64,000 nucleotides of DNA from contig NW_026889774.1 in assembly GCF_033153115.1 (NCBI RefSeq), positions 28,830,001-28,894,000 on the forward strand. The letters are read 5' to 3'. The translations under genes were made by a program, and so were the position numbers. This document shows positions 37,230-49,554 of the stretch, one piece after another; the stretch's first letter is position 1; the number at the start of each line of letters is the position of its first letter. A model generated the notes under the pieces. The model saw nothing but the letters and a program-made list of their open reading frames with translations, was not told the origin of the DNA and ran no database searches. This DNA is from Saccostrea echinata (Eukaryota).

Positions 37230-38485
37230 AAAAAATTTAACATTATTATTCAAATTTTCTTGAAATTTCACTGGGACAAAGGCTTAAATAAAATTATCTG
37301 TTTCGAAACGCAAAAATGTTTGTGTTGTTAAATCATACCTTGTTTGACTCCTTCAAGTTCAAATTCTATTGTTGTAAATAGTTTTGTTTTCCTGTTATAA
37401 AATACCTGGGGGAAAAATAAAGAGCTTAATTCAAGTTATACTAATTATTAAGTCTGTTATANNNNNNNNNNNNNNNNNNNNNNNNNNNNNNNNNNNNNNN
37501 NNNNNNNNNNNNNNNNNNNNNNNNNNNNNNNNNNNNNNNNNNNNNNNNNNNNNNNNNNNNNNNNNNNNNNNNNNNNNNNNNNNNNNNNNNNNNNNNNNNN
37601 NNNNNNTTTAGCCTTATTCTTGATTTAATAAAATACAGGACTGATGTTATACCTCAACGCACTAATTTGAATAAACTGTATTTTCACTTCTGCTGATACT
37701 CCTCTTTAAGGAAATTGGTGAAATGAGAAATTAAATTATGTCCAATTTCAATTTTGAATTTGAAAAAAAAATAATGTACCATAGTGATTGGTTTTCCTAT
37801 TGGCAAAGTCCTAAATAATTCCAGAACTTCCTCATGGCAAAGAGATGGGGATTCCAACAGTTGTGCAGAATTAAGACTTACAAGAATATCTTTTTCTCTA
37901 TAAAAGATTTTTTGAAATACTCATAGAAAAATAATAGATACATAAATAAACGTTTTTGCCAATAAACATTTAATAATTGAAATATAAAAGACTTTACATC
38001 ACATGTAATGTATGGTTCCTGTCTTTAAATACTAGGGTAATAGGATAAGCGACGTCTGGGAGAGGGTAAGGAAGCTAAGCCAAACCCTCTTTTTATTTTC
38101 TCTCCTTATTTTCTACCCATGCCCAAATACTGCTTCTGTTTCAAGACAGTTATCTTGTTTTTGATTATCCTGCAACATATATAGTTTTACATTTGACCTC
38201 CAAAATGAGCTATGTTACATCTCTGTTTTTGATATTTTGACATCATGGCGTAAACAATGCAAAAGAGATGTCCTCACAATGCTTTTAAAGACGTCAAAAT
38301 GCACGAAGCTATATTTTCGCACTGATCGAATATAGTTTTAGTTTATTGAGTTGCCTTTATTCGATCAGTTGAAGCGGTGGTTGCAGGATATTTCGCAGAA
38401 TACAGTATAATACGAGAGTTGATAAACCAACATACAAAAAAAAACTATCCCAGGAATTAAAGAAATGAAATACTTAAGAGTAATC

Positions 38486-40205
38486 TCAAACGTACTTCAC
38501 ATAAAGGGATTTTGCAAGAATACCATTCTCGTCTAAGGTACAAAATGCATGAATATTCGTTCCATCTTTCCGGGAGGTAGAACAAAGAAATCCCCCTAAA
38601 GGATCTCCATCAACAGTGTCCTGGCGTTGGTGCCTCACAACGATTTCAGATACCAGCAGCGTCTCATCAAGCTGAAAAGGTGATAGAGAGGACTCGGTGA
38701 CTGTTTTCATGAAATTTGAAATGCCTCTCAGAATCTTCAAATTAGTGTCATATGTTGATATACATGTAGTTTCAAAATTGACACTTTATCTGTAAAGTAG
38801 TCTTAAAATTTCCCAAGTGATTCAGTATGAAATAATTTTAAATTTCAGATAATTTAAAAAATGGATTGGTAAATCTTTCTGGTAAAAGGGTTTCTTTGAT
38901 GCTTCTAAAAATTATATATGCACTGCAGATTCCTACGTATTTGTGGATCATGTACTTTCCACACTTTGAAATGATCATTATATTTTTTTTCAATGATTGT
39001 ATAGTATCCAATATTTATTTTTATATTGGGATCGGTATTGTCGATCTTTTACCTCGGAACTTGTTCGAGTGTTAATTCGCTGAATACATTTTATCATTTT
39101 GTTTTCCGTGCTGTTGTCGTTTGGGGTGTACGGACTGTTTGGGACGTCAGTTGATGGAGGATTGTCCGTGACGTCAGTTGATGGAGGATTGTCCGTGATA
39201 TCAGTTGACGGAGGACTGTTTTCTCTGAATCTGCTGCTGTTCTATAATTTAAGAAAAACAAAATATTATATGAAAACTGTACGACATCCAACCTTTTGTG
39301 ATCAGTTGTGATTAGTACTTAAGAGGTTATTTGTTTTCGATAACTGAGCATTGCTTTTAGAACCTGTATTTTTACTTCATTAGTTTCTAAAAAAAATTAA
39401 TTATTGTGCCTTATTCTAAATGCATATACATTTATTTATTTATTTTGTTTACTTAAGCTTGTCAGTATACGAGTTTTATGCAATAAAAAGATACTTACGC
39501 GATAAAATCTGATACACATGTGATAAAATGTGTATAAACTGATAGTCTTTTTTTCAACAAGTATGATAAAAATCTCAGCGTATGAAATATGTCTAATAAT
39601 GGATTTTATTATAATTTTTGACACCCTGTTTCATGCTTGGATGCCGAGGATAGTCAAAGAATGTAATTCATCGACTAATTCTTGCAGAAGGGATGAATTC
39701 AAAAGTTACCCGTGTTTAACAAACATTTCATGCGTTAGGGTAGATTGCGCTTTATAACCACTGAGTAGCAAATCAGTGCTACTATATTCTGATCAGAAAC
39801 TTCTGCACTACTGTACAGTATATACATATTATTCATTCAAATGTACTTTAAAAATTAGAAATAAGCAATATTAGCATCATTTTGATTTTCCTCCTATTTA
39901 GTGCTTTCTTTATATTAAATGGCTAACTGCTCAAATCAATTTGCATTGGGAATCCTTGATTTTTTTTTTCGTAATGAACAATTTTCCTAAATGAATAAAA
40001 TCAGATTAATCAAAGAAATTTCAAAAAAAAAAATAAATAAATGAATAAATAAATAAATAAATAAAAATAAAAAATATCCACGCACCACAAAAATGCATCT
40101 TCTGGCCTTTACAAGAGGAATAAGACCATCCACGTCATCATACCCATTCGGGTTTCCTAGGCCGTCTACGTCATCAAAACCATTTGGTTCTCCTAGAGTA
40201 CACAT
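38486..40205 (-). pseudogene. Probable decayed protein-coding gene of unknown family (exon 40205-40086 plus exon starting 39241)
   Basis: AG|ATG..GTG|GTGCG exon (120 nt, phase 0) joins in frame to an acceptor at 39241: MCTLGEPNGFDDVDGLGNPNGYDDVDGLIPLVKARRCIFV/NSSRFRENSPPSTDITDNPPSTDVTDNPPSTDVPNS... Later stops and frameshifts. No family recognised. Confidence 0.4.
39143..39216. repeat. 27-bp tandem repeat x~3 (PPSTD(I/V)TDN on the - strand)
   Basis: GACGTCAGTTGATGGAGGATTGTCCGT units. Confidence 0.9.
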
Positions 40206-41062
40206 CTACAGAACAAGGTGCCCTTTGTAAGTATGATCAAACATAAGCACTCCACAGCACTTAAAGTAATTTTTTGTGATTTCTAAATAAAACTCTTCTC
40301 TTAGTTTCATATCTAACTTGCAGTTTTATACCAATTTTATTATCTTTCTATTGTTAAAAATACATCTATTATAATTTGCAAATGTTTGATTGACCTAAAA
40401 ATTATAAAGGCAACAAATAATACATTCCCTGTCATGATTAATTGTTCCTGATAAATGACTAAAATTTTGCTTTCAGATGTTTAGTCAGATTTATCGAAAG
40501 CCTTCCATCAAAAGGAAATTTTAAATTTTGAAAGTTCATTCTAGTGGCAACTCATACAAAACACTTTACATCAGAAGTTCAAGTGATCATCACTTAAGCC
40601 CTATTTCTGTGGTCGATGCCTAAGATAATAAAGAATAATGTGGTTGTCACATGATGGTCCTCAAACTTCAACAATATCTTGTTTGTGATGCAGTTTTACC
40701 AGTTAAGAAATGACAAAGCAGTTTATAGAGTGTTGTGGTATATGAGTATACACACTCTTTTTTATGAAAATAACAAGTTAACCTTGCATAAAAATTGTAC
40801 TTGTGAATGACTGGCTTTAACTCACTCTCTTATTAGAAATTGGGATGATCACTTCCGTGTTAATAACTGATTTTGAAATGTAACATACTCAGTATAATGA
40901 ATCAAAATATTAAAAATGCATACCAATCATATAACGACAACACAGTTTTTGTCGTGCTTTTGAAATCTGATACTTATTTGTATACAATCTCAAATTAACC
41001 TTGGATTTAAAAAAAACAAAAAAAAAAAACAACACTTGTATATGATTCGTGTCATTTTTCTC

Positions 41063-41360
41063 TTCGATTAACGGAAACTGGCACTCTTAACGTGATTTGA
41101 CCTTTAATGTTTTGTCTAGACTGTTTTGACTTTATGATTATAATACTAGCAATAGGGATTAACACTTCCATGTCTAAGGTTTACCAGTGAGTGATTGTTA
41201 AATGTAATACTAGCAATAGGGATTAACACGTCCATGTCTAATGTTTACAAGTGAGTGATTGTTAAATGTAATACTAGCAATAGAGATTAACACGTCCATG
41301 TGTAATGTTTACCAGTGAGTGATTGTTAATGACGCAAAAAAAATGCAAAATCTAATTTGA
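41063..41360 (+). repeat. Dispersed repeat (also at about 11452-11630) carrying a 64-bp unit x3 here and x1 there
   Basis: TTCGATTAACGGAAACTGGCA...TAATACTAGCAATAGGGATTAACAC..GTGAGTGATTGTTAAATG, with units at 41141, 41205 and 41269. Confidence 0.88.
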
Positions 41361-43221
41361 AAAAAAAAAACAAAAACAAAAACAAAACATAATAGTCTTT
41401 TTAGTAGATGCAGGAAGTGTTCCTGCATATCAAATATTATTCATCCATCGGAACAAATGCCTTATTTATCAGTTATTTTAAAAGCCACCTGCAATGTAAT
41501 TGAATAAGCAGATTCCATAATTTCTGAAAGTATGTTTTTATCTCAAATTAGGATATAATAAAAGATTTAAAACTTTAATGGCAGAGTGGAGTTTGTCCAC
41601 TGATTTTACACAAACAAAACTATTTTACTTATTAACAATGAGTACATGTACTAACTGGCATATGTTAATTGTTAATTAGTAGAAGTTCTTTCGTTATGTA
41701 CCAGATTAATTATTACAGTCATTCTATGAAGAAGCAGTCTATTCAAAACCGCTATATCAATTTCAGTAAGTGAAAGTTTGAATAAAATTATAAGTCGTTA
41801 TTATACACAAACGACATAATCATATACCAATTTTGGCAAAGAGTTAATCATTTTAACAATGAATATCAAGTATTTTAGTCGGTATCGATAAACATTAAAA
41901 CTGATATATCACAGTTATCTATAGTTATGGTTTATATTATGTTATTGCCATTTTTTAAAACAATATCCTTGCCATTGATACATAAACCTTAAAACAATTT
42001 AAACACACCGACTTTTTTAAATTTATTTTTCTTGGCAATATGTAAACTTTCATATTAAATTACTATTTTGTTGATATATAAATTGATAAAATAGGAGTTG
42101 TATTCTTGAATTAGGATGCGCAAATGTAAAAAAAAAAAAAAAATAAAGTACACAATATTGCAGCTAAAATGTTGCAGATTATGCCTAAATTGACAATCAA
42201 CTGCTGTTGATTCGTACCACTAGAAAGTAGAAAATGACAAAGAAAGAGCTAGGTTCACTTTATGCATAAAATGGCCCTGCCCATATTTCAATTGATACAC
42301 TATCACCCCTCTGTCCCATTTCATATATCAAAATAAAGTAGAGACTTAGTGCTCTTATTTCCTATAACAAAATTTCTTTTTGAGAATCCAGGTATTGGAA
42401 AACAGGCTTTGTAAAAATACAAAAATTTTGAATTTTGTAGAAAACAAGGGTATTTGAATACCTTCAGCAAAGAATAAAAATATGAGCACAACCCTCGATC
42501 CAAAAATTAAAACATGATCTTCAGAAACAGATCTTTCATTATATAATTGCACATTTTGGATCAGAGGTTGTGGTCTATGTGAAATACTGAAAAATACTTC
42601 AACTTTTGGCCATTTTAACGGAATTTACAGGATTTGGTAAAAATGACGCATTTCATGACGTCATAATGCATTGACATGAGAGAAAATTACGTCATGTTCA
42701 GTGGATACACGGTCACCAAGGGTCAAAGTGATAAATACTGCATTGTCAACCAAAACCCAGGAGTTTCGATTTTTCAGAAATTCACAGGGCCAAAAAAGGC
42801 CCTAAGTAGCTCTTGCTAGAAAAAGAATTATAAACAGTGACTTGCCTCAAAATACTAGTCCTCTAATAAAAAGTGTTGATCTCGTTCTGCTGAGAGTATG
42901 ATATATTCACAGGTTTGTTTCATGCACTGAATGAATGGAGAAAGTTGACAACACATCAATTTATAGTCAACTCCCAGCCAGAAATAGTAAGCAGTTACAC
43001 TTCAGGAAGAAAAACGAGCGTGATTTTTTATTTCCTTTGATTATTTTCGTGCAATTTTTATTAATGAACAATCCTGCAATTGAGGAGTGATTCCAAAGTT
43101 CGAGGAATTGTTTCTGTAAAGAAAGTCCACCAATAATTTGCTATAACTATGGGGGATGGGGTGGGTGGGCGAATTTTCAAATATCTGTATGAAGAGCTCC
43201 ATTCAGAGGTTTTAATCATAA

Positions 43222-43430
43222 AATGAAATATGAAGATAACGAACAGTAATCAAGCTCAAAAATCTATTGAAACAAAACAAATTTGGAGCCGAGCAAACAC
43301 GGATCTCTAAAACATCAGAGGTGGGATCAGGTATCACGGAGAAGTAAGCATCCCTTGTATATCGGTCATCTTGTGCTTCTTGTCATGATCTGGCAAACAT
43401 AACAGTCCGCAGACATTCGGTGAGAGAATA
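43222..43430 (-). mobile_element. Naiad-like 3' tail
   Basis: ATGAAGATAACGAACAGTAATCAAGCTC...GGGATCAGG family tail. Confidence 0.75.
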
Positions 43431-43433
43431 ATC

Positions 43434-43553
43434 TAGAGTTTCATTGGAGTAAGACATGAAGTCGGTCAAGTGATCAAATCCTATAACGCCCGAAGGGCAT
43501 TATTGTAGAATTGATCACGTACCGACTTCATGTCATTACCCAATGAAACTCTA
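43434..43553. repeat. 120-bp bulged palindrome (Crypton-type end) with GCCCGAAGGGC apex
   Basis: TAGAGTTTCATTGG-A-GTAAGACATGAAGTCGGT ... ACCGACTTCATGTC-A-TTACCCAATGAAACTCTA. Confidence 0.85.
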
Positions 43554-44019
43554 AAAAATGATATTTTATTTCTTATATTTATATTTTACTTTTTTATTCG
43601 TGTTACAAAGAAATATAGGCACTATTTAGACTTTGCTATGGAAATGCAACATAACTTACCTACGACGTCATGTGACGTCACAATCGAAACTTTCCAAAGA
43701 CTCGTGCAGGTTGCTTTCCAAACGCAAGAAAGTCTGATCATGTGACCAACTGCATGTCATTGAAAATTGCATTTCAATTTAAGTAGTATTGTTATATAAG
43801 GAAAGACATTGGCAAATGTAAACATTTAGGGTTGAATCTGGAGTATTTCAAGACAACAAAAGTACATTTCGACTGAGAAACTCTCTTGTGCTTTTTGAGA
43901 TATGTGGCATTCTGCTAAATAATAAATACAAATCGTTTTCTGCGAAATATCAAACAGCATGATACTAACATCTTTTAGTATCCTCTGAAGCGCACAAGAG
44001 AGTTTCTCAAACGAAATCC

Positions 44020-44335
44020 ACCGGTAACGGTAGCCTAGTGGTAGAACGTTCGCTTCGTGATCGGGAGGACCGGCTTTCATTCTCGTTCGTCGTACGTCAA
44101 ATCTAAGACGTAAACATATGTAATGACTGTATATGCCTTCGCCAAGCGCACGGCATGTCAAGTGAAAATCATGCGTCTTTCGGACGTGTCACGGTAGGCG
44201 TTGGCACGATAAAAAAACCCTCACTGCTAAATGGCCCTGACTGAAGAGCATAGGTCTAAATTTGAAGTCTTTCACCGGCATACTTTGACATCTCTATAAA
44301 AGTAAAAAATTCACGAATGGGACGTTAAACAACAT
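44020..44335 (+). mobile_element. tRNA-derived SINE with Meta-like and partial Deu domain (BivaMD-like)
   Basis: A box TAGCCTAGTGG, central CCTTCGCCAAGCGCACGGCA, tail shared with the other SINEs (GGGACGTTAAAC). Confidence 0.7.
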
Positions 44336-45577
44336 TCACGATAAAAAGTCATTCGAAAACATTAAAGGTAAAATTTCGAATTGAATAAGAGAATTTGGTG
44401 AAAACATGACAACAGCTAAAAAAGACATTGGGAAAATATTTTAGCAGGAATGAATTTCAATTACCAAAATGCTCATATCAAATCTAGTGACATTAAGCTA
44501 TAATTTGTGCAATGGGGCGAGTAACTATAGATGCTAGGGAAAAAAAAAATTAGTACCTGAGTAAGTAAGTATATGTTTGTAAATAAAATATCAGTACCTG
44601 GGATATTTGATCTTAAAGACCCCTACCCCTTCCAGATCTCAGCAATTGCATAAATTGTTATGACAAATTAATGTGAAAGACAAAAAAATTTTAATCCTCT
44701 TAAAAAAATTATAAAAATTTAAAATTCTTTGGGCATGAACATGTATTTTCTTCTTTTTCCTTTCTAGGTATTCGTTTACACCCCAACCCTCTCCATTTGC
44801 CCCAGTGTCAGTATTATACACTGTATATACTTACATTTGGAATAGGTTCCTGTGTGCCAGGATTCACAAAGGTGGTAGAGATATTTCGCCCAAACAGAAG
44901 ATATAAGATTTTTTTTAAAAAGAGATAAAAGAAGAAATAAATGTCTGAGGTACTTCAAAAGTTAATTGTCTCTATTTAGCTGCCATATGTACAATATGCA
45001 GCTTAGAAGTAACGTGGAAGGTTGCTCGGCCATTAACGAATTAAAAGTTGAAGTAGGTAGAGCTCAAGTATAGTGTTTTCTAAGATTTTATGATCGAGTT
45101 AAATTTGGTGTCACAAAGTGCATGTACACTTCACATCATATAAACAAGGAGTCTGGATATTTATTTTACCAGGAAAGAGATGTAATTTGATTTGAAAAAC
45201 TGTTAAATTAATTGTTGTTCGTAAATAACGAATAATATTTGTATACTTCGTCATTGAATCAAGACATACAAGAGGCTGCTGTTTGAGGGATATTCCTGTT
45301 GTAATGCATATGGAGCACTTTAACTGCAGACAATGTACGTAAATTGAGTTTGCTCATGAGCAGATTTCTCACATAGATCTACCTGTTAAGTTTTGCTTCC
45401 TTGAAACAATTTATGTAAAAAAAAAAGATATATGAATATCACACTGTGAAGATGGTATCTTTGAAAAATGGTTCATCGACTAATAATTCTATAAATTTAC
45501 TTGTATTTTTTCACATTTAAGCCCTGTCCGAATTTTAAATATTTCCAGTATGATAGCGCAAATCCATTAAATATGAA

Positions 45578-46225
45578 ATGAAATATGAAGTTAACGAACA
45601 GTATTCAAGCTCAAAGTCCATTGAAACAATACAAATTTCAAGCAGAGCAAACACGGGCCTCTAAAAACATCAGAGGTGGGATCAGGTGCTATGGAGGATT
45701 AAGCATCCCCTGTCGACCGGTCACTTCCGCAGTGCACTCCTTTTCATCATCGGGAAAATGGGAAAATCCGTAGACAATTCAATGTGAAAATAATGGCTTA
45801 AAATTGAAAAACGTCAGTCAACATTCGACTTAATCATAGATTGTATTTGCTGATAAGGTCATTGTATTGACCATAGAACTTGCGAAAAATTTTAACGGGA
45901 CTGTTGATATGCTTGTTTCATCAACTTATTTGTCAATAGTTTGCCTCGTTTTAGAAATTGTTTATGCGTGGAGTATGCTCTTGCGTATCGAATCAACTAG
46001 GAGACATAAACTCCATATGCAAGTGATAATGGTATAATATTGCTTCATAAATAAGGGAAGTTGACGATAGAAGAGTTGAAGTCGTGATGATAAAGTTTTG
46101 TAGAGTTGCCATTCACGTTTTTTACTATTGAAATATCCAAAATATGAAACAGATGTGTCTGACTCTGTGGTATCTTTTATTTCGACTTTAAAGGGATATA
46201 TTGACTTAAATATAATATAAATTTT

Positions 46226-46305
<80 letters not shown>

Positions 46306-46505
46306 CTTTTTAAATGTGGAGTTGAAGACAACAGCAAGAGACTTTTTCTTTTCATGTAGAAGTTTTTGAATAAATTCTGATTCATATGAATACAAAAATA
46401 TCTGCTAATAACGGGACGCAATTAGTTCCCATGGGAATTCCGACAGATTGTTGGAAGACATGATCTCAAAAATATTTACATAGATAGTGTCAATCAGAAA
46501 CTCTA
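45578..46505 (-). mobile_element. Naiad-like RT 3' fragment interrupted by (TA)n (46229-46302)
   Basis: FQQSVGIPMGTNC, YSYESEFIQKLL and VEIKDTTESDTSVSY remnants plus the family tail. Confidence 0.85.
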
Positions 46506-48211
46506 TGTAAGATGTTGGATAAGCAAACATGATAATGGACAATTAAATAATAATAATGAGCTTTATTTTTAAATTGACAGGTGTATATAGCATAAAACAT
46601 AAGCTCTAAAGAGCTTTTGACCGACATGGAATAAAAAAGGCCTGAGAGTTATTATTTACATTGTTGTACTCTATGCCATATACACGATCCATGTCCTATA
46701 TATATGTAGTCAATGTTTTCAAAGAAGGTTGAAATGATAGCAGCAAGTAAAATTAGCCATAAGAAAATAGAAAGTGTAATGAAGCCTTTGGCTGTTTGAT
46801 TTTGTTTATGTTTTAGTGGTAGAATTGAAATTAAAAATTCTTTTGAAACAGTCTTGCAATTGCAACCGTTACAGTCTACATGGCTTTGCCTCTCATAAGT
46901 CTGACAAAGAGTAGAGTGATCTGGCGTTGAACTCTTTCATACAAAGAGAAAATCCAATACTAGTATACCAGTAGTGAAATTAAAATCAGCAGTCTTGTAT
47001 TAGAAAGGCTAGCAACACTTTTAATATGATGCTACATTCACCATTAGGTTTATATTATGACAAAAAATAGGGGAAATTTCGGTAATGTTTCGACAACAGG
47101 ATTATTTGGAGTGCAATGGCACATTTGTTCTCTTTTGAGAAATTGACAGGCACATCCTAAATGTATGCTTTGTCTATCTGCTTCTCTAAAGAATGTTATT
47201 TTACATGCATCCCTCCAAATATCCTATTGCTTCCAGGAAAATCTCATTTACAAAAAAAATTACAAACAAAAAGAAAACATCTTTTCTACTACATGCACAT
47301 TAAAATATATACGAATGTAAATTCCGGTGTTTAGAACAGACTCCGCGCATAGTATCCCCCCCCCCCCCCCGGAAAATATGAGCCCAGTTAAGATCTTCTC
47401 CATGAATGGAGTGGGGAAAGGACACCTCAGTATATTATTTCCTCCCATTAAAAAGGCAGTACAGAGTTTCCATCGTTTCCGAATTATATCAACGCATCTT
47501 CCAATGAAACCGTGGCTGTGTTATCTTTTATCTTAAAAATTTAAGATTATGATCTTTGAAAATTGCTGAGTCAACTGCTTCTAGTGATCGAGCTTATCTG
47601 ATCACAGTATAATTGCTGTCAACATCGTCTTTCTTTATGTTACGTCGTTCTTTTTATCTTCCTCTCTAAAACTCAAGGGTTATTTTCAATCAAAATCCTT
47701 GCATTGATCATCCATCCTTCCAATAAGGTAAATTTAATCAAAGAAATGCAAAAATAGTGTTCTCAAAAACCACTGGACCAGAAAAGATTAAATCTAAATG
47801 AAAGCTACCTCACGTTGTGAAGTTTGTTCAAACCACTCCCCTTCGGGAGGGTAGGGGTAGGGTGGGCCTCTACTGGGGACAAGAGTTTTAAATCTTATTA
47901 TAATCTTTTCTAGAGTAGTTTTGCCATATAAAGTCATTAATGTGCTAAAATTTTTAACCTGTTTAGATTCAGTTATGTTTTTATTTTATGGTCACTGGAG
48001 TGAGAACAGTCTTAAATCGGGAAGCAAATTTTAAAGCCCTAGCTAAAAAAAGTCCACTTTTCAAGAACAGCAGAATCGCTTTAGTCATACACATCCGCAT
48101 GTTGTGTGAATTCAAATCCAATTAAATAACTCCTTATTAAGTCTAGGATGATAAATATATTCAATATATTTTTTAAGTGGTCAAAGCCATTTATATGCAA
48201 GAATTTATCCT

Positions 48212-48217
<6 letters not shown>

Positions 48218-48242
<25 letters not shown>

Positions 48243-48290
48243 AGGGTGTGTGTGTGTGTGTGTGAGAGGGTGTGTGTGTGTGTGTGTGTG
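48218..48290. repeat. Interrupted (TG)n microsatellite
   Basis: Directly visible. Confidence 0.97.
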
Positions 48291-49554
48291 TTCAGCCAAA
48301 AGTGTAGTTCCCGTTAGATTTCCACTTCAATTAGTTAAGTTGTTCATTTTTTTAAGAAAAAAAGACTAATATAATCTTTTCTAAATTCCTAAAATTGCAA
48401 TATAAACGACTTTTATTCGAATATTGAATTTCTTTTAAATAGTCTAAAACCTAACAAGAAAATTTTGTGAAACTTTTTGACAAAATGATTTTTTGGGGTG
48501 TAATGGCTCATGTTATTTATTCTTTTTTGGCAAATGGAAAGGCACATCCTACATGTGGGCTATGTCTGTCCATTTCTCTAAAGAGACTAATGTTATCTAA
48601 CATGGATTGATTTGCTATCCCCCCAAATATCCAGTTGCATGTTAACAGGAGAATCTCATTTACAGAAATTAGACATTCTCTTTTCTCCTTAATTAAAAGA
48701 AAAATACGAATGTCATTCCCGGGACACGTGTGTAACAGTGGGAAAACTTCCTTTCTCCCTTCAAAACTTGATAACTTAAGATCTTCCGGAGACTGATTTA
48801 GTAAACCTACCTCAACACCCCCCCTCCTTTGCAAACATCAAAATATTGAAAAAAAACAAGTATTACTATATTTAGACGTATACAACGAGTACTTACCTTT
48901 TTGACTTCCCAACTTGAAGAAGGTCTTGAGACGAAATGCGTTGTTGTCTTTTCTTTCCTGTTTACATATAGACAGTTTGCAGTCCACTTATACTATTACA
49001 TACTTATACTATATTATTTATGAATGGCAACAGACCGGATGTAGTACTTAAACCTAATATAGGTTACTTCCTCCTAGTGCTTCTCTTAGCCACATTTCTA
49101 CGTGACTTTCTGAGTATCTATTGATATTTTGTTGATATGTTCGTCCTTTAGGAATAAATGTCTAACTTTCTGCTGTCTTATTTACGTATTTGTTTTTGTT
49201 TTTTTTTTAAATTGTAAATCTGGTCTGTGAGGTGATAACCAATATAGGAGCCTGAGATAATTTGCATATCTATGCCAAAGCCATTTATATATGGAAGATG
49301 CATCATGTTCTGATGTAGTGACAACCTCATAATGACACAACAAAGAGTTCAGAGGTCTGGCAGTGTGCAAAATGAAGGTTTTACGGGGTTTTTTTGCATA
49401 ATGTACAACACATTGGCAGATTTAAGCATACCTAAAAATTTATCAGAAACATTTATCCTTCGTGTTGTTAAAAATCAAAATTTAAAATGGCAGACTTTGA
49501 TATCAATAGGTTTTTATCTATTTCGTAGAGGGTATCAGTGTACTAAGTGAAAAA

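Larger units (their letters stand above)
30085..38680. repeat. Segmental duplicate, copy B (expanded by independent insertions)
   Basis: Same colinear blocks as copy A, interrupted by a Naiad-like copy, a Crypton-like non-autonomous element and other inserts. Confidence 0.85.

Noticed and set aside
46177-46421. ORFs with YIYIYI or HTHTHT/VCVC runs (also 2888-3082, 48081-48369)
   Set aside because: Microsatellite translations
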